Of a stretch of DNA of 64,000 nt, positions 49,779-62,253 are shown piece after piece. The notes beneath the pieces are model-generated. The model had not been told where the DNA came from and searched no databases. It was given only the letters and a program-made list of their open reading frames with translations. Origin of the DNA: Balanoglossus misakiensis. Its lineage: Eukaryota; Animalia; Hemichordata. Numbering within the stretch: position 1 is the stretch's first letter; each line of letters starts with the position of its first letter. Position numbers and translations under genes: made by a program. The stretch lies in assembly GCA_040954595.2 (NCBI GenBank), contig CM082576.2, forward strand, positions 1,040,648-1,104,647. The letters are read 5' to 3'.

Positions 49779-52700
49779 ATGTGGAACCAACAGTACTACA
49801 ACCAGCAGTATCAACAGCAACAGATATGGCCAGCTGCATCAACAACGGCGTCGGTTCCTGACCCTGCACAGGCTGCAACCCCTGGTATGGCTGTGAATCC
49901 AGCACCTGAGGCAAATCACCCAGTGCCAGGAAGCCAACCAGCCGATGACAACCCCGAAGTGAGTTCTTTAACTCTCGCCTATAAAGCTGTATGGCGATTC
50001 TTACAGTGTCCTCTTTAATAAGTGCATATGCGACTTGTCACATATTGAGAATGACGCATACATGTAAGAGAAATTCACAAAATGGATTGTATTTGCAAGG
50101 CTGTGTGACGTTAGTTGCAATGATTGTAGCTGGTGCTGGTGTGGTAGCGGCTGCGAACACGCCAATCAACCTAGCAGCACAGTCTACAATAATTGCAGCT
50201 AGTGTCTCTAACGTGAGATCTGTATGGTAGCCCGCCTGGGCTACTATGAAAATAAGTTAATTTCGAGCCCTGTCAAATGAATCATTAAAATGATAATAAA
50301 GTAATAGACTGTGTAATTTTTAAATTAACAGGACGATTCTGTAGAAGCTACAAGACTGCAACAGCTTCAGCAGCAGGCACAGCAATGGCAGCATCAGAGA
50401 CAGTGGGTGGAATATCAACAGACTGTGATGCAAAAACAGCATGAACAGATGTGGAGTCAGATGTACCAACAACAAGCTATGATGTCTCAGTATCAACAAC
50501 AGCAATATATGCAGTCAGTGTCACTTGTAAGTTAATTTTTATAGGCAACTTTTGACAGTACATGTTTTTTCATGAATTGAAATTAGTCCACTGTACAGTT
50601 TTTCCATTGTTTGCAGTTTTGATTGCGAGTGGCATATTATTTTGCAATGGGAACATTCACATTTTTAAATGATATATTTACAGACTGAGCTAGAGCGTCA
50701 GTATGAACAGGTTCAACAACAAATCCAACAATGGCAGAAGCAGTTTGAGGATTGGCGAGAACAACACAAAGAACATCCAAATAGGGAACAGTTTTCACAG
50801 TATGAACAACAATGGCAACAGTGGCAACAGCAAATGCAACAATTAGAACAGCATCAGAGATATTATATAGAAATCAAACGAAAGGAGCAACAGGAGGCTG
50901 GCAATGCGGCAAATCAAGAAAGTCAACCACCACCTTCAGGTTTCAATAACTTTGGTAATCATGGTATATTAAGTAATGCCCCTACAGGACCTCATGCAAT
51001 GAGACTTCATGGCCAACCACAAGGCCCACCTCCAATGCTACCACAGACACCTCAGAACATTCCACCTCAAGGCCCACATCAACTGCGACCACAAGGCCCA
51101 CCGCCAATGGGACCACCACCATCTCTTCATGAAATGACACGGCCAGGATCAGGTGAAAAACCACTCCAAACCCATCAGGAAAGTCAACTACCATCTCAGC
51201 TCCAAAATCAATTGCCAAATAATATGCCACTACAGGGAGGAAGATTTCCCCGCCCTGGGGGCCCACACCATCAACAAGGGGACAGATTTCAAAGACCACC
51301 TCATAACTTTAGCGATAACCAAAGAATGAGAGCTAACTTTTCCCCGAACCAAAGCCCAATGGGTCGCGGCCCCAGGTTTGGTGGGCCAAGATTTCCTGGA
51401 CCAAGAGGTGATTTTCAGGGCCCACCACTGCTGCAAGATGGCCAACGATTCAGAGGACCACCACCTGATGGACAGAGATTTGGAAGACCAAGGCAGATTT
51501 TGCAAGGTGACCAACAGAAGTCAATGTTTGAAGGTTCAAAAGATGATAATTCTTCTGAAGTGGAGCAACATGAAGATGAAAGTAATCCATTTGATGAAGG
51601 TCAGCAAGAACTCAAAGAAGAGTATTCCCGTGATCAGCAAAGTGGTCCACCTCTAGGCAACTTTGGAGGACAAAGGTTTGGTGGTCCGAGATTTCCTGGA
51701 CCAAGAGGTGATTTTCAGGGCCCACCACTGCTGCAAGATGGCCAACGATTCAGAGGACCACCACCTGATGGACAGAGATTTGGAAGACCAAGGCAGATTT
51801 TGCAAGGTGACCAACAGAAGTCAATGTTTGAAGGTTCAAAAGATGATAATTCTTCTGAAGTGGAGCAACATGAAGATGAAAGTAATCCATTTGATGAAGG
51901 TCAGCAAGAACTCAAAGAAGAGTATTCCCGTGATCAGCAAAGTGGTCCACCTCTAGGCAACTTTGGAGGACCAAGGTTTGGTGGTCCGAGATTTAATGCA
52001 CCATTTCATGGTGTCCAACACCCTGGTGGGTCACGATTCAGGGGTCCAAGACCCAATATGCCCTTTCAAGGAGAACAAAGTCAAGGTGGAGAAGGGCCAA
52101 GGTTCAGAGGTCAAAGACCTGGTGTACCTTTCCAAGGGGATCAGAGGCACGGTGGTCCTCCTGGAAGTCAGGGGATCAGAGGGCCAGGGATCGGAGGGCC
52201 ACAGATCAGAGGTTCAAGACCTGCTTTTCAAGGAGATCAAAGACAGGATGGTCCACCAGTCGGGAACCAGGGGCCTGGAGGTCCAAGATTTAGAGGCCCT
52301 AGACCTGAAGGACCATTTCAAGGTGGACAAAAATCTGATGGTCCACTGCAAGGAAATCAAAATTTTGCCGGACAGAGAATGCCAAACATTAACCGAGGAA
52401 ATGTGGGACAGAGTTTCTTGAGACCACCTGGGCCACCACAAGATGACCAAAGACAGGGTGGTCAAATGTTTGGGCCACGAGGGCAAAGTGGTTCTCAGCA
52501 TCCACGATTTGGGACAGCAAAGCCAATGCCTCTTATGGAAATCAAGATTGAACCTGCGGGGAAACTACTAACTCAGATAGAACATGAAGAGGATAAACAA
52601 AATGTTCCCTCAACAAAACAAGGGAATGATTCAACCCAAGATTCATTAAAACTACAACCAAAAGCAGAACATGGTGATAGTTCATCTGCGAAGCCACCAG

Positions 52701-55700
52701 AACAGAAGCCTCAGAGTCAAACTACGGAGGTTCAACCAGTTGAGTCAAATAGTGCTAAAGGTTCTAAAACTGAAGCATCTCCGGAAAATAAATCACAACA
52801 AATGCAAAGTGAACCTGCCCAACCTCTACCATCACCACCTGTGAGGAATCAACCGGCAAAAGACAAAGAAAAGCCAGTGCAAGAACCACCTCCACTCCCT
52901 CCAGGCAAATTAATGCAACAGAACCCCAGATTTGGTAGTGCTCTTGGTAATACTCAACAGAGACAACCAAACCAGGTATCTGATATTCATAAAGCTGCTA
53001 AGGAACTTGATATACTGGTTGCACAGCAAGCCCAACTACAGCAACTAGAAGTTATCCAGAAACTAACCAGTGGTGGAATGCAGCAAGGAAGTTTATCATT
53101 AAAAGAGCCACAGCAGGAAGGTGACAAGAAAGTGAGAATGGACACTGGCAGTATGCCACATGATGTACATCGACCAGCCAGTTTACATCAGGAGGAGTTT
53201 AGAGACAGAATGCTGCCAGGAGATGCCTTCTCATGTCCACCACCTGGTAGGATGCTTCCAGGTGAAAGGATGCTTCCTGGTGATAATAGAATGCCACCTG
53301 GTGATAGGATGGCTTACGGTGATAGGATGATGCCTGGTGATAGGATGGTTCCAGGTGATAGGATGGTTCCTGGAGGTAGGATGTATCAAGGTGATAGGAT
53401 GCTTCCTGGTGATAGGATGCCTCTTGACGAAAGGATGCTTCCTAGTGAAAGGATGCTTCCTGGTGAAAGGATGCTTCCTGGTGAAAGAATGCTTCCTGGT
53501 GAAAGAATGCTGCCTGGAGATAGAATGTATCAAGGTGATAGGATTGGTGACAGGATGCCTCCAGGGGGTAGGATGCCTCCAGATGATGGGATTGGTCATA
53601 GGATGCCTGGTGATAGGATTTTCCCAGGTGATAGGATGGCTTACAGTGATAGGCTGCCTCTTGGTGATAGGATGCCACCAGGTGATAGGATGGCTTATGG
53701 TGATAGGATGCCGCCAGGTGATAGGATGCCACCTGGTGATAGGATGCCGCCTGGTGATAGGATGCCGCCTGGTGATAGGATGCCGCCTGGTGATAGGATG
53801 CCGCCTGGTGATAGGATGCCGCCTGGTGATAGGATGGCTTACGGTGATTTTCATTATGAAATGAGAGATGACTTGAGAGGTCCGATAAGGGATGAAAGAA
53901 TGCCATTCAGTGATGAAGATAGAGCTAGAGAAATTCAAGAACGGTCAAGGAGACAAGGAGTGCAAGTGTTTGATTACCAGGTATTAATATGTTTTTGTAA
54001 ACTGACATGTTCTCACCTACTGTATTCTCCTGACAATGACATGAGCAAAGAAATTACAAGAGCAATTGTTTAACTTATCAAAGTGCCTGGGCATGAGCTC
54101 ACCCCACATGTTTTTCAGAGTCCAGGACTCTTAACAAGGTATGTATGACAGTGTTACTTTGCAATTTGCAGGATGGCAGACCTGTCAGACTTTCCAGTGA
54201 AGGTTATCCTCAAGCGCCAATGCCACCAAACCTGGATGCATATAGTGCTAGTGGTAATATGTACAGAGATGAAGGCCGCAGTGTTCAATGGTGAGTGAGA
54301 AATAAGTCCTTAATATTCAAATGAACCCATAATGGACAAATGGTCAAAACTCAACCCACTGGGCAGGTTTGTTGTAATTAGATCCTGTTTGAGTGTACTT
54401 TCTGGGATTTACCCAGGGTTCTGCTCAGGTTGACATGAGTTCCAGCAACTCATTAATATTCATGCTCATTAATATTCATGTATGTTGCAAGTCATACCCA
54501 TTCATCAATGTATCAAAATGAGACACTACACTAGATTGAGTAAATAATAAAGCCTGCTGACAGCCTTTGTTTACCAGCATCTTCATTTGAGTACCGACTG
54601 CACCGTCCACTGCTGACCAGCATGGGCAGAACCGTCTTGACCATTTCCACTTTAATGCTACACTGTACCTGTTACAGGGACATCAGCATGGAAAAGAGAC
54701 TAGCATGGGGTGCCAGAGAAGACATGTATAGGAATACAGAGAGGAACCAAGATCCATATTTTGAAAAAGAATATGACAATTATGCAAAAGCATGTGAACA
54801 GAAGAGAGGTGAGGTGTAGAGCTACTGGTTTGAATTACAGCCTGTCTACAAAAGATTCTGATGGCGTCAAAATCTTTGAGAGACAAATAAATGTTCAATG
54901 TGCTTTTTTGAAGCAAGGAGAAAACATAATATGCAACATGCTTCAGTTAATGCTCATTGTGTAAGATTAGTCCAATGACTTTTGGTTTAATAAATTGATG
55001 TATTTTCTGTCATAGCTGAGGTGTTGGCCAGCCTTCACCAACCTCATGAAAGTGCTTTCAAGACATCAGATACAGTAGAAGAAATTGACTATGGACATGG
55101 TCAACATGCACCTTTGGGAAGAGAAGTAGATGTCCAGAGTTTTCTAAAGGAAAGAGACATGAAGATGAAAGATGGGGCAGATAAACGTCCTGGTAAGTGT
55201 CACAAGGGTCACTGATTCTTTGGTCTGAATACATGCAAAGTGAAGCAAGGTCTCCTTGTGTGACATTTTATCATCTGTTTATGGTAAAGGGTTTCCACCT
55301 GATCAGCATTTTCTCCTGGATTGGCAGTTAGGAGAGATCAAAATTGAACATTCAACATGTGATGATTTCTTCTCCCCTCAAAAGATCGCTATGGTGATAA
55401 TTACGACAATGCAGAAGCCAACAACCCTGATCGGGGCCGAGACTACTACCACAGAAGCGACAGATACAGCAGTGACTGGACACAAGATGGTGGACAGGAC
55501 AGAAACAGAGATTACAGGGAGAGGAGCAGAGAACAGGATCACGGCAGAGATCATGAGAGAGACCGGAACCGAGATTACGACTGGGAGAGAGAAGGGGGCC
55601 GAGACAGAGATAGAGAGATGGAGAGGGACAGAGAGAGAGTTAGGGACAGAGATTGGGGTAGGGAGAGGGAGAGAGATCCAGATTGGGGTAGGGATAGGGA

Positions 55701-58700
55701 GAGGGATAGAGACTGGAGCAGAGATTACGATAGAAGAGATATGGACAGAGATAGAGCACGTGATTATGATATATCTGAGAGTGACAGAGACAGATATCGC
55801 CGAGATAGGGACAGGGATTGGGACAAGGGCCGACTCCGAAGAGATGAAAGGTGAGATATAGCTAAATAAAATCTGCAGAATAATAAAATGGTATGCTGAC
55901 AAACTACGACAACCTGTATGAAGCCTTTATAATTCCATCCGATGACATTCTGATTCTTTCACATACATGTATGTAGATATGACAATGAAAAATTCTATTT
56001 CTCATCATGTTAGTCTGGGTGCCTTTCATACAAATACTTGACTTCTAAGATAAGCCTCAGCATCAGAAATATGAATGTAATCCTGAAAGTACTAATGCAT
56101 GTCTTTCTTCCAGGAGTGAGTTTGAATATAGAGGTGATTATGACAGGGATTATTCCAGTGGTAATGGTACCAGTTCCAGTGGATACTCCAAACTTGGTCC
56201 AATAGATCTTCGGCAGTATGCCCCATCGCCACCAGTGCAATCCAAGAAGGAAGACCTGTCCAAACCTGCTGAGACCATTCTGGTAGAGAACATCCTTAAC
56301 AATCCTGGCAGAAAGACCAGACCCAAACAAATTGCCGTTATTCTCAGAGGACCTCCTGGAAGTGGAAAGACTTATGTGTCAAAGCTTGTCAAGGTAGGCA
56401 GTGGTTTATTTCAATGTAAAAAGCTTCAAAACTCATGAAATCTGCATTTTGCGTTTTACATGTATATATGAAATTACTGTAAAGATGATACACTTCACGG
56501 TCTGTGCTGAACCTCGATGGGGGATTGATTGAAATCCTGATTCTGAACAGTAAAACATAGAGACGATCTACGGAACATGTCCTGATATTGAGTTCCTGTT
56601 GTTAAATCTACCTTGATTCTCACCTTTTAAAACCAACTGCAGGACAGGGAAGCCAAACTGAGTGGAAACAATCCGAGAATGCTTTGCCTAGATGATTATT
56701 TCATGACCGAAGTTGACAAGACTATCAAAGATCCTGAAACTGGAAAGAGTATCAGAACTAAGGTAGGCACTTTCTTCTCTAGACAGGAGATTTTGGTGTT
56801 TGAGAAAAGCTGTTTTTCAGCTCTTAGCCACCATTCCTGTTTCTTTCCAGTTTGTTTTGTGTGGCACTGACGACTCCAGATTCCCGGAAAAGAAAAAGGA
56901 AAGAAGGATTTAACACTGATGTTTGATTTCTAGATTTTGGAATATGAGTATGAAGCAGAAATGGAAGAAGCCTATCGCGCAAGTTTCTATAAAGCTTTCA
57001 AGAAGACGGTAGAGGATGGTTTCTTTGACTTTATCTTGGTTGATGCTATCAACCAGAAAGTGAAACACTTTGAACAGTTCTGGTCTTTTGGTAAACAGAA
57101 GGGTTTTGAGGTAAGAGAAATGGTTTACTGCAAAATATATCCAACGTGTTTTTGGTCTCTAATGTTGCATGTCTTTTAAAGTAAGAAAGTCAACTCATTA
57201 CAAATTTGAGGTGGGGGTTGGAGAAGGTGAAGATTGTAGAGTAACACCCAAGAATTCTTTTTTGTTCTTGTAGGTGTACATAGCTGAGATGAAAGCTGAT
57301 GCCCACACCTGTGCTAAGAAAAATGTTCATCATCGTAATGAAGCAGAGATTAAAAAGGTAGGATCATCAGTATATAACTGCTTCGCTTTGATCTCTAATG
57401 TCTGTTTTCACCAAAGAGTAGGAATAGATAACATGATCTCAGATTTACCTGTGTCTGAATTTTATCATGGCTGCCAGTCCTTGAAACTAAAAATCCCTTA
57501 TTGATGTTGTATTGTGTTTGTTACTTCAGATTATAAGTGGCTGGGAAGCGACGCCTATTAATTACCTGAAGCTGGATGTGAGATCACTCATTCAAGATGA
57601 TGCTATTGATGAGGTAGTGTATAAAATAGTTTATGTTTACAAAATTGCATACTTTCCACATGCTGATAATAATCTGATGGGATTTGTTCACTGGGATATC
57701 ACAAAAGCACTGATTGGAAGTCGAACATGGTACTGAAGACATGGCCACTACAAGAAAATATCATTTCATGTCTCCCGTATCTCCATCTCCAGTAGAGACA
57801 CAGGAGAGGCAAATTTGACTTAAAGCTGACACACTGAATAACAAATGTTTGCATCGTCTCAGGTTGAAATGGAAGACTTTGATGAAGAAGCAGAAGCTGC
57901 CAAGAAGCAAAAAGAAGAGGAAGAAAAGAAAACTGACTCTGATGAGAAGGAGGATGAGGATTTGGTAGGCAAAACAACGAATTAGATTGTCAGTTGCTAA
58001 AGGGACAAGCAAAATGGGAGTTAGTGAAATGAAATATAAAACCAGGTATTATACCGAATATCTAAAACTCCAATTTAGCAAGAACTAATTCAGCAAATAA
58101 CATCTGCAACAGACAAGTGTCAAAATGTCTGGAGCTGGTTTCAATTGCAACAAAGCTTCCATTTTGCTTCTCTCTGTAGTCTCACTCATTCACATTTCAG
58201 CATTAAGGTAAGTAAAGGTCCAAAAGGGAAGCTGACCTCTGACCTGCAGGCTGCGGTTGAACCGGTTCTAACCTGATGTGAGTACAACACTATTTAATAA
58301 CATTGTGGGGAAATATAACATCATATTTCTTGCAGCACTTGTCGGTAGGTCAAAGGTCATAGATCCAGTCAACAGAGGAGGAGGTGCAGACCTGTGGTGA
58401 GTAAAAGAGATGCTTTGTCATATAACGGAAGTTTTCGTTGATCCAACCAGGGGGTGTGGCAGTATGAAGGTAAGGGAAAAACAGAACGATTACGAACAGT
58501 GTGCCCTCTTTACATCAGTGGCCCCTCCCCCTGGAAAATGTACTAAATTATAATGATGTGTCATACACTTTAAGGCTGTTTTAGCCAGTGTCTCTGATTT
58601 TGTTTTTGCCTTTGCTTTGACCCATGAACGCTTAATTCCCAAGAAGTTAGAGGGCGCACTAATCCTAAGCATTTTGGGTAATTGTACAGGGCAGGGCATG

Positions 58701-61700
58701 ATGGGTAATCTATCCAAAGTTATGACATGACAGAGCCTTGTTCAGCGTCTATAGGACAATCTATAGAAGCTGTGGTGATGTTTACCAAGATAAAATCAAT
58801 ACTACTATTGGAGTGAATGGAGTGATGCTGAACTAAGTCTTTTACCAGTTCGTGTGTACAGGCAATGTACATGCACATGTGTTGCCAATATCCCCTGTAA
58901 TTTTTAATTTGATCAAACTCTTTATTAATTGAATTATGCGTGGAAGTTGTGTAGAAGTTATCAGTGAAATGGATGCATAATAAAACTAATTTTGCTGAAA
59001 TGGTTAGTTCCCATCCCTGTTCTTTCCAACTGTTCTCAGTGTCTTACCATACAGCCATAACCAAACTTATTGAGGTTTCTTCCTAGCATAATTATCAAAA
59101 TCACAACAGCTATTGAACAGTAATGGTGAAGAAAACTACTTTGTGGTGATGATGTTATTGTGCAGGGCTTACTGGCAGCTGTGAGTACCAATGTCACCAT
59201 GGAAACCATTGTAGTCACTGCTGCCAGTGGCCAGGCCTAGCTGATCATGTTCCAATATTAAGATCTTGAAAACCTCACCCAGGTCACCAGGGTCAAGAGT
59301 AAATGGGAGGATACATCAGAAGACAAGTTAGGTAAGTCATGTTTGGTAGATGCATCGGCACGTGTCAAGTAAAGGGTGGTGACGATGTGTGGGTGTGTGT
59401 TCTGTGCACTGAAATGCTCAGTGTTTGTGAAGTGGTCAAAAAATACATTGTTGAGATCCTGAAAAAAGGTTGTTGAATGTGAAAATTTTCAAAGTATAAA
59501 AATCTCCATGAGATTATATGCAAGTAATATGTGTATGTATGTGAGTACTAGTATGTAATTTTGTATGTTCACTGCAAAAACTTGAGTATTTTGCTTGTAT
59601 GTATGTGGTATTTGGATTCTAGATTCAACTTGGACTTTAGGTGGAATTTTGAACAAATAAAGATGTTAACAAAATATGGAAGTACGCTGAAGAAAGAAAA
59701 TTTAAAAAAATTAAAACTCCAATAATTATTTGTGCTGACTACCTTGAATATTGGTTTATTAGGTACCGTAGTTTCCTTGTAGTTAGAGTGAACATTAACT
59801 TATTCCTTTTCTGCTGGTGTCTGGAATTTTTTATTGAAAATGACCAGTGTAATATGAGCCCAGTAACATTGCACACAGAATATCACTTGTGTGTTCCATT
59901 GTTGTGAAATTGGGATCACAGTGCCTCAAAATGGCACAATGTTGGTGCTACAGTATACTACATTGTTATAGATGTACTGTCGCAAACAACAGAAACCATG
60001 TTATGGAATGCCCAGCCATTCCATAGTACTTTTGGGAAACTTTTGCAGAAGACACATCATTTTTCTGCTCAGTTGTTGCCCTTTTGACACGTCAAACACG
60101 CAGTGACATTTTCAGTCATATTATCAGGCTTTGAATTATCTGGTATATTTTGATTCATTGCTGAGAATCCAGTTGTAGATATACTGGTTTGCCACAGAAT
60201 CACAAATTGTCAGATAAAATCTTAGAGCCTGGTAAAGATACAGTGATATCCAGTCGTATTCATCTCTATGATGGAATTTACATCTGGTTGCATGGCGCAC
60301 AGGACAGCTGAGCAACAGCTGTGCACAGACACAACCATGTGCCCAAACAAAGTTGGTCAAGTGCCACAATTTGTGCCACATCCAAAAACATAGAATGAGC
60401 TGGAGAGCAGGTGATGTTTCAGTTACGTAAATGACTTTATATAAACCCAGATGTGTGAGAATAAAATTGGCAAGATGTGTTTTGATTCAAGTGTGATTTC
60501 ATTTGTTACACAAGCAGTATACATCTAGTACCCCCATTCTACTTGCCTGATGTTCATTGGCATTACTGGCACTCTGCTGCTAAGACATTTACATATTAAC
60601 CTTGATAATTTTATAAAGCTAGTTTTAATTCACATTTGACTTTCACATGCAGTTTTTCAGTCAGTAAATATCAAAGCTCCATACTTCAGCATTCAATTTT
60701 GTGCTCTTTTACCCCAAGAATTTTAGTTCTTCCTTTATTACATAGATTCTCAATTCTTAAATACAGGCTCGGTTGTCTGCCAAGTTGTCTACCAGTGTGT
60801 ACTGCTCCTACAAGCCATAGTAGATGACTGGTAGATGCTATGCAAAACTTGCGTGCATTGTCTGATTTGCTTGTCGCGTTGCCTCGACCAACGCCCTTGC
60901 CGTTCCCGGTCTCGGTCTCTTGATGTTTTTACGCTCAGGAGTTATCTCTTTTCGCGGCTTCAGAGAATCCCCTCGCTGGATTTTGGCGTCAGTTTTTAAA
61001 AGTCATAATGAAGTGAAAACAGTCACTTCCATGGCAATGTGATAAAAATGGGTTTAGCATTTAAGAACATTTTCATTGTGTGTTTTGAGAGGGATAGAAA
61101 ATGTTCTTTAAGTTTATATTTGCATGTATTTCTTGCATTGTGAAATTTTGCATTAGGAGCTTATTGAATAATTAAGAGATGTGTCTTGTATGATTATGTC
61201 ATTTTAATAAGAGAACATTTTCAGTAAGTAATTTATCAAGTGGCTGAATGCAGATCATGTCTTGTAAGATTTTACTTTCTGAGTATTTTTCCTGTTTACT
61301 TTTGATTTCCTATTTGGAGAACTTTCACAACACTGCAGTACTAGCTGTAACAGTGAATGTCTGCTAATCAATGTCTGTCTACAATTTGCTTTTACAGACA
61401 AGTTGGACGGCGTACGCTACTATGGAAGACGTAAGAATGAAGAAACTGTGGCACAGAGGATAGGAGATTACCTGCAACTGCCAGATGACTATGCTCAGAG
61501 GTCTTTGACGCTGGGAAAAAAGAGGGTGAGTGAAAAATACACACTTGACAGACTTTGTAGTATCATGATATCAATTTTGGGTGAACACAAATATCTTAAA
61601 GGTCAAAGTTCATATCGTAGTTAACAGAAGCTATGAAGGTCAGTAGTCATTTACTTTGGGACAACCTTTATAGCTGGGTCAGGTGGTAACCCAGTAGGGT

Positions 61701-62253
61701 TGTGATCTGTCATTAACCTGTCATGCAGAGGATATTGATAACGGCCAGACAGACAGTAAATAGTCTAGGTCAAAATGAAACGAGAATGCATGTAACATAC
61801 ACCACAGTTTGTGTTCTCTTGACCTTGTGATGGTTTATATCTTTAACTTATTTTGGTTTCTTTGTTTGGTACAGAATAAACTAGTGTAAACTGTTAGCAC
61901 AAATATATTACCAGTCTACGTCTCATTTACAAGACACAGGTCAAGGGGAGTCAGAGGTTTTGAACCCATTTCCGGTGATTTGAATATTATACATGTACTT
62001 ACTTGACAAGATGATATATTGGTGTGACATGGAGTTCACCTGTTGAGTATTTCCTTATTGATTATCTCACATCATCATCATCATCTCTATGGCATTTCCA
62101 TGTCCATTTCAGGTGCGATGGGCAGATATTGAGGAGAGGAAAGACCAGGAAAAGAAGAGAGCTCTTGGATTTGTTGTTGGACAGACTGATTGGGACAAAA
62201 TGACAGATGACTCCTATGCTCACAGAGCTCTCAACAGAACAAAACTTATTTAA
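49779..62253 (+). CDS. YLPM1: YLP motif-containing protein 1 (ZAP3), multi-exon
   Basis: Q/P/G-rich N-terminus with WQQW heptads, IDYGHG motif and RD-rich tract. P-loop domain ILRGPPGSGKT...LDDYF...EYEYEAEME...FILVDAIN...LDVRSL. C-terminal KKRVRWADIEE (PP1-docking RVxF/W) and GFVVGQTDW...ALNRTKLI*. Confidence 0.93.
51389..51994 (+). repeat. 300-bp in-frame tandem duplication inside the large YLPM1 exon
   Basis: 51389-51688 and 51689-51988 are identical except at one position (51672 a vs 51972 c); the same 100-aa block appears twice in the ORF. Confidence 0.95.
53205..53850 (+). repeat. 18-bp coding minisatellite (GDRMPP/GERMLP hexapeptides)
   Basis: Unit GATAGGATGCCGCCTGGT, near-perfect between about 53700 and 53830 and degenerate upstream. 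Confidence 0.93.
55490..55850 (+). repeat. Purine-rich low-complexity coding tract (RD/RE dipeptides)
   Basis: ERDRERVRDRDWGRERERDPDWGRDRERDRDW in the YLPM1 exon at about 55385-55851. Confidence 0.85.

Noticed and set aside
53205-53850. CRISPR-like regular repeats
   Set aside because: Contiguous tandem units without unique spacers, inside a eukaryotic exon, with no cas genes.
53231-53938. Antisense and alternate-frame repeat ORFs (RHPIT, ASYHQ, VIGC repeats)
   Set aside because: Shadows of the 18-bp coding minisatellite, not independent genes.
55256-55902. 201-aa (+) and 174-aa (-) ORFs
   Set aside because: Off-frame and antisense readings of the RD-rich YLPM1 exon.
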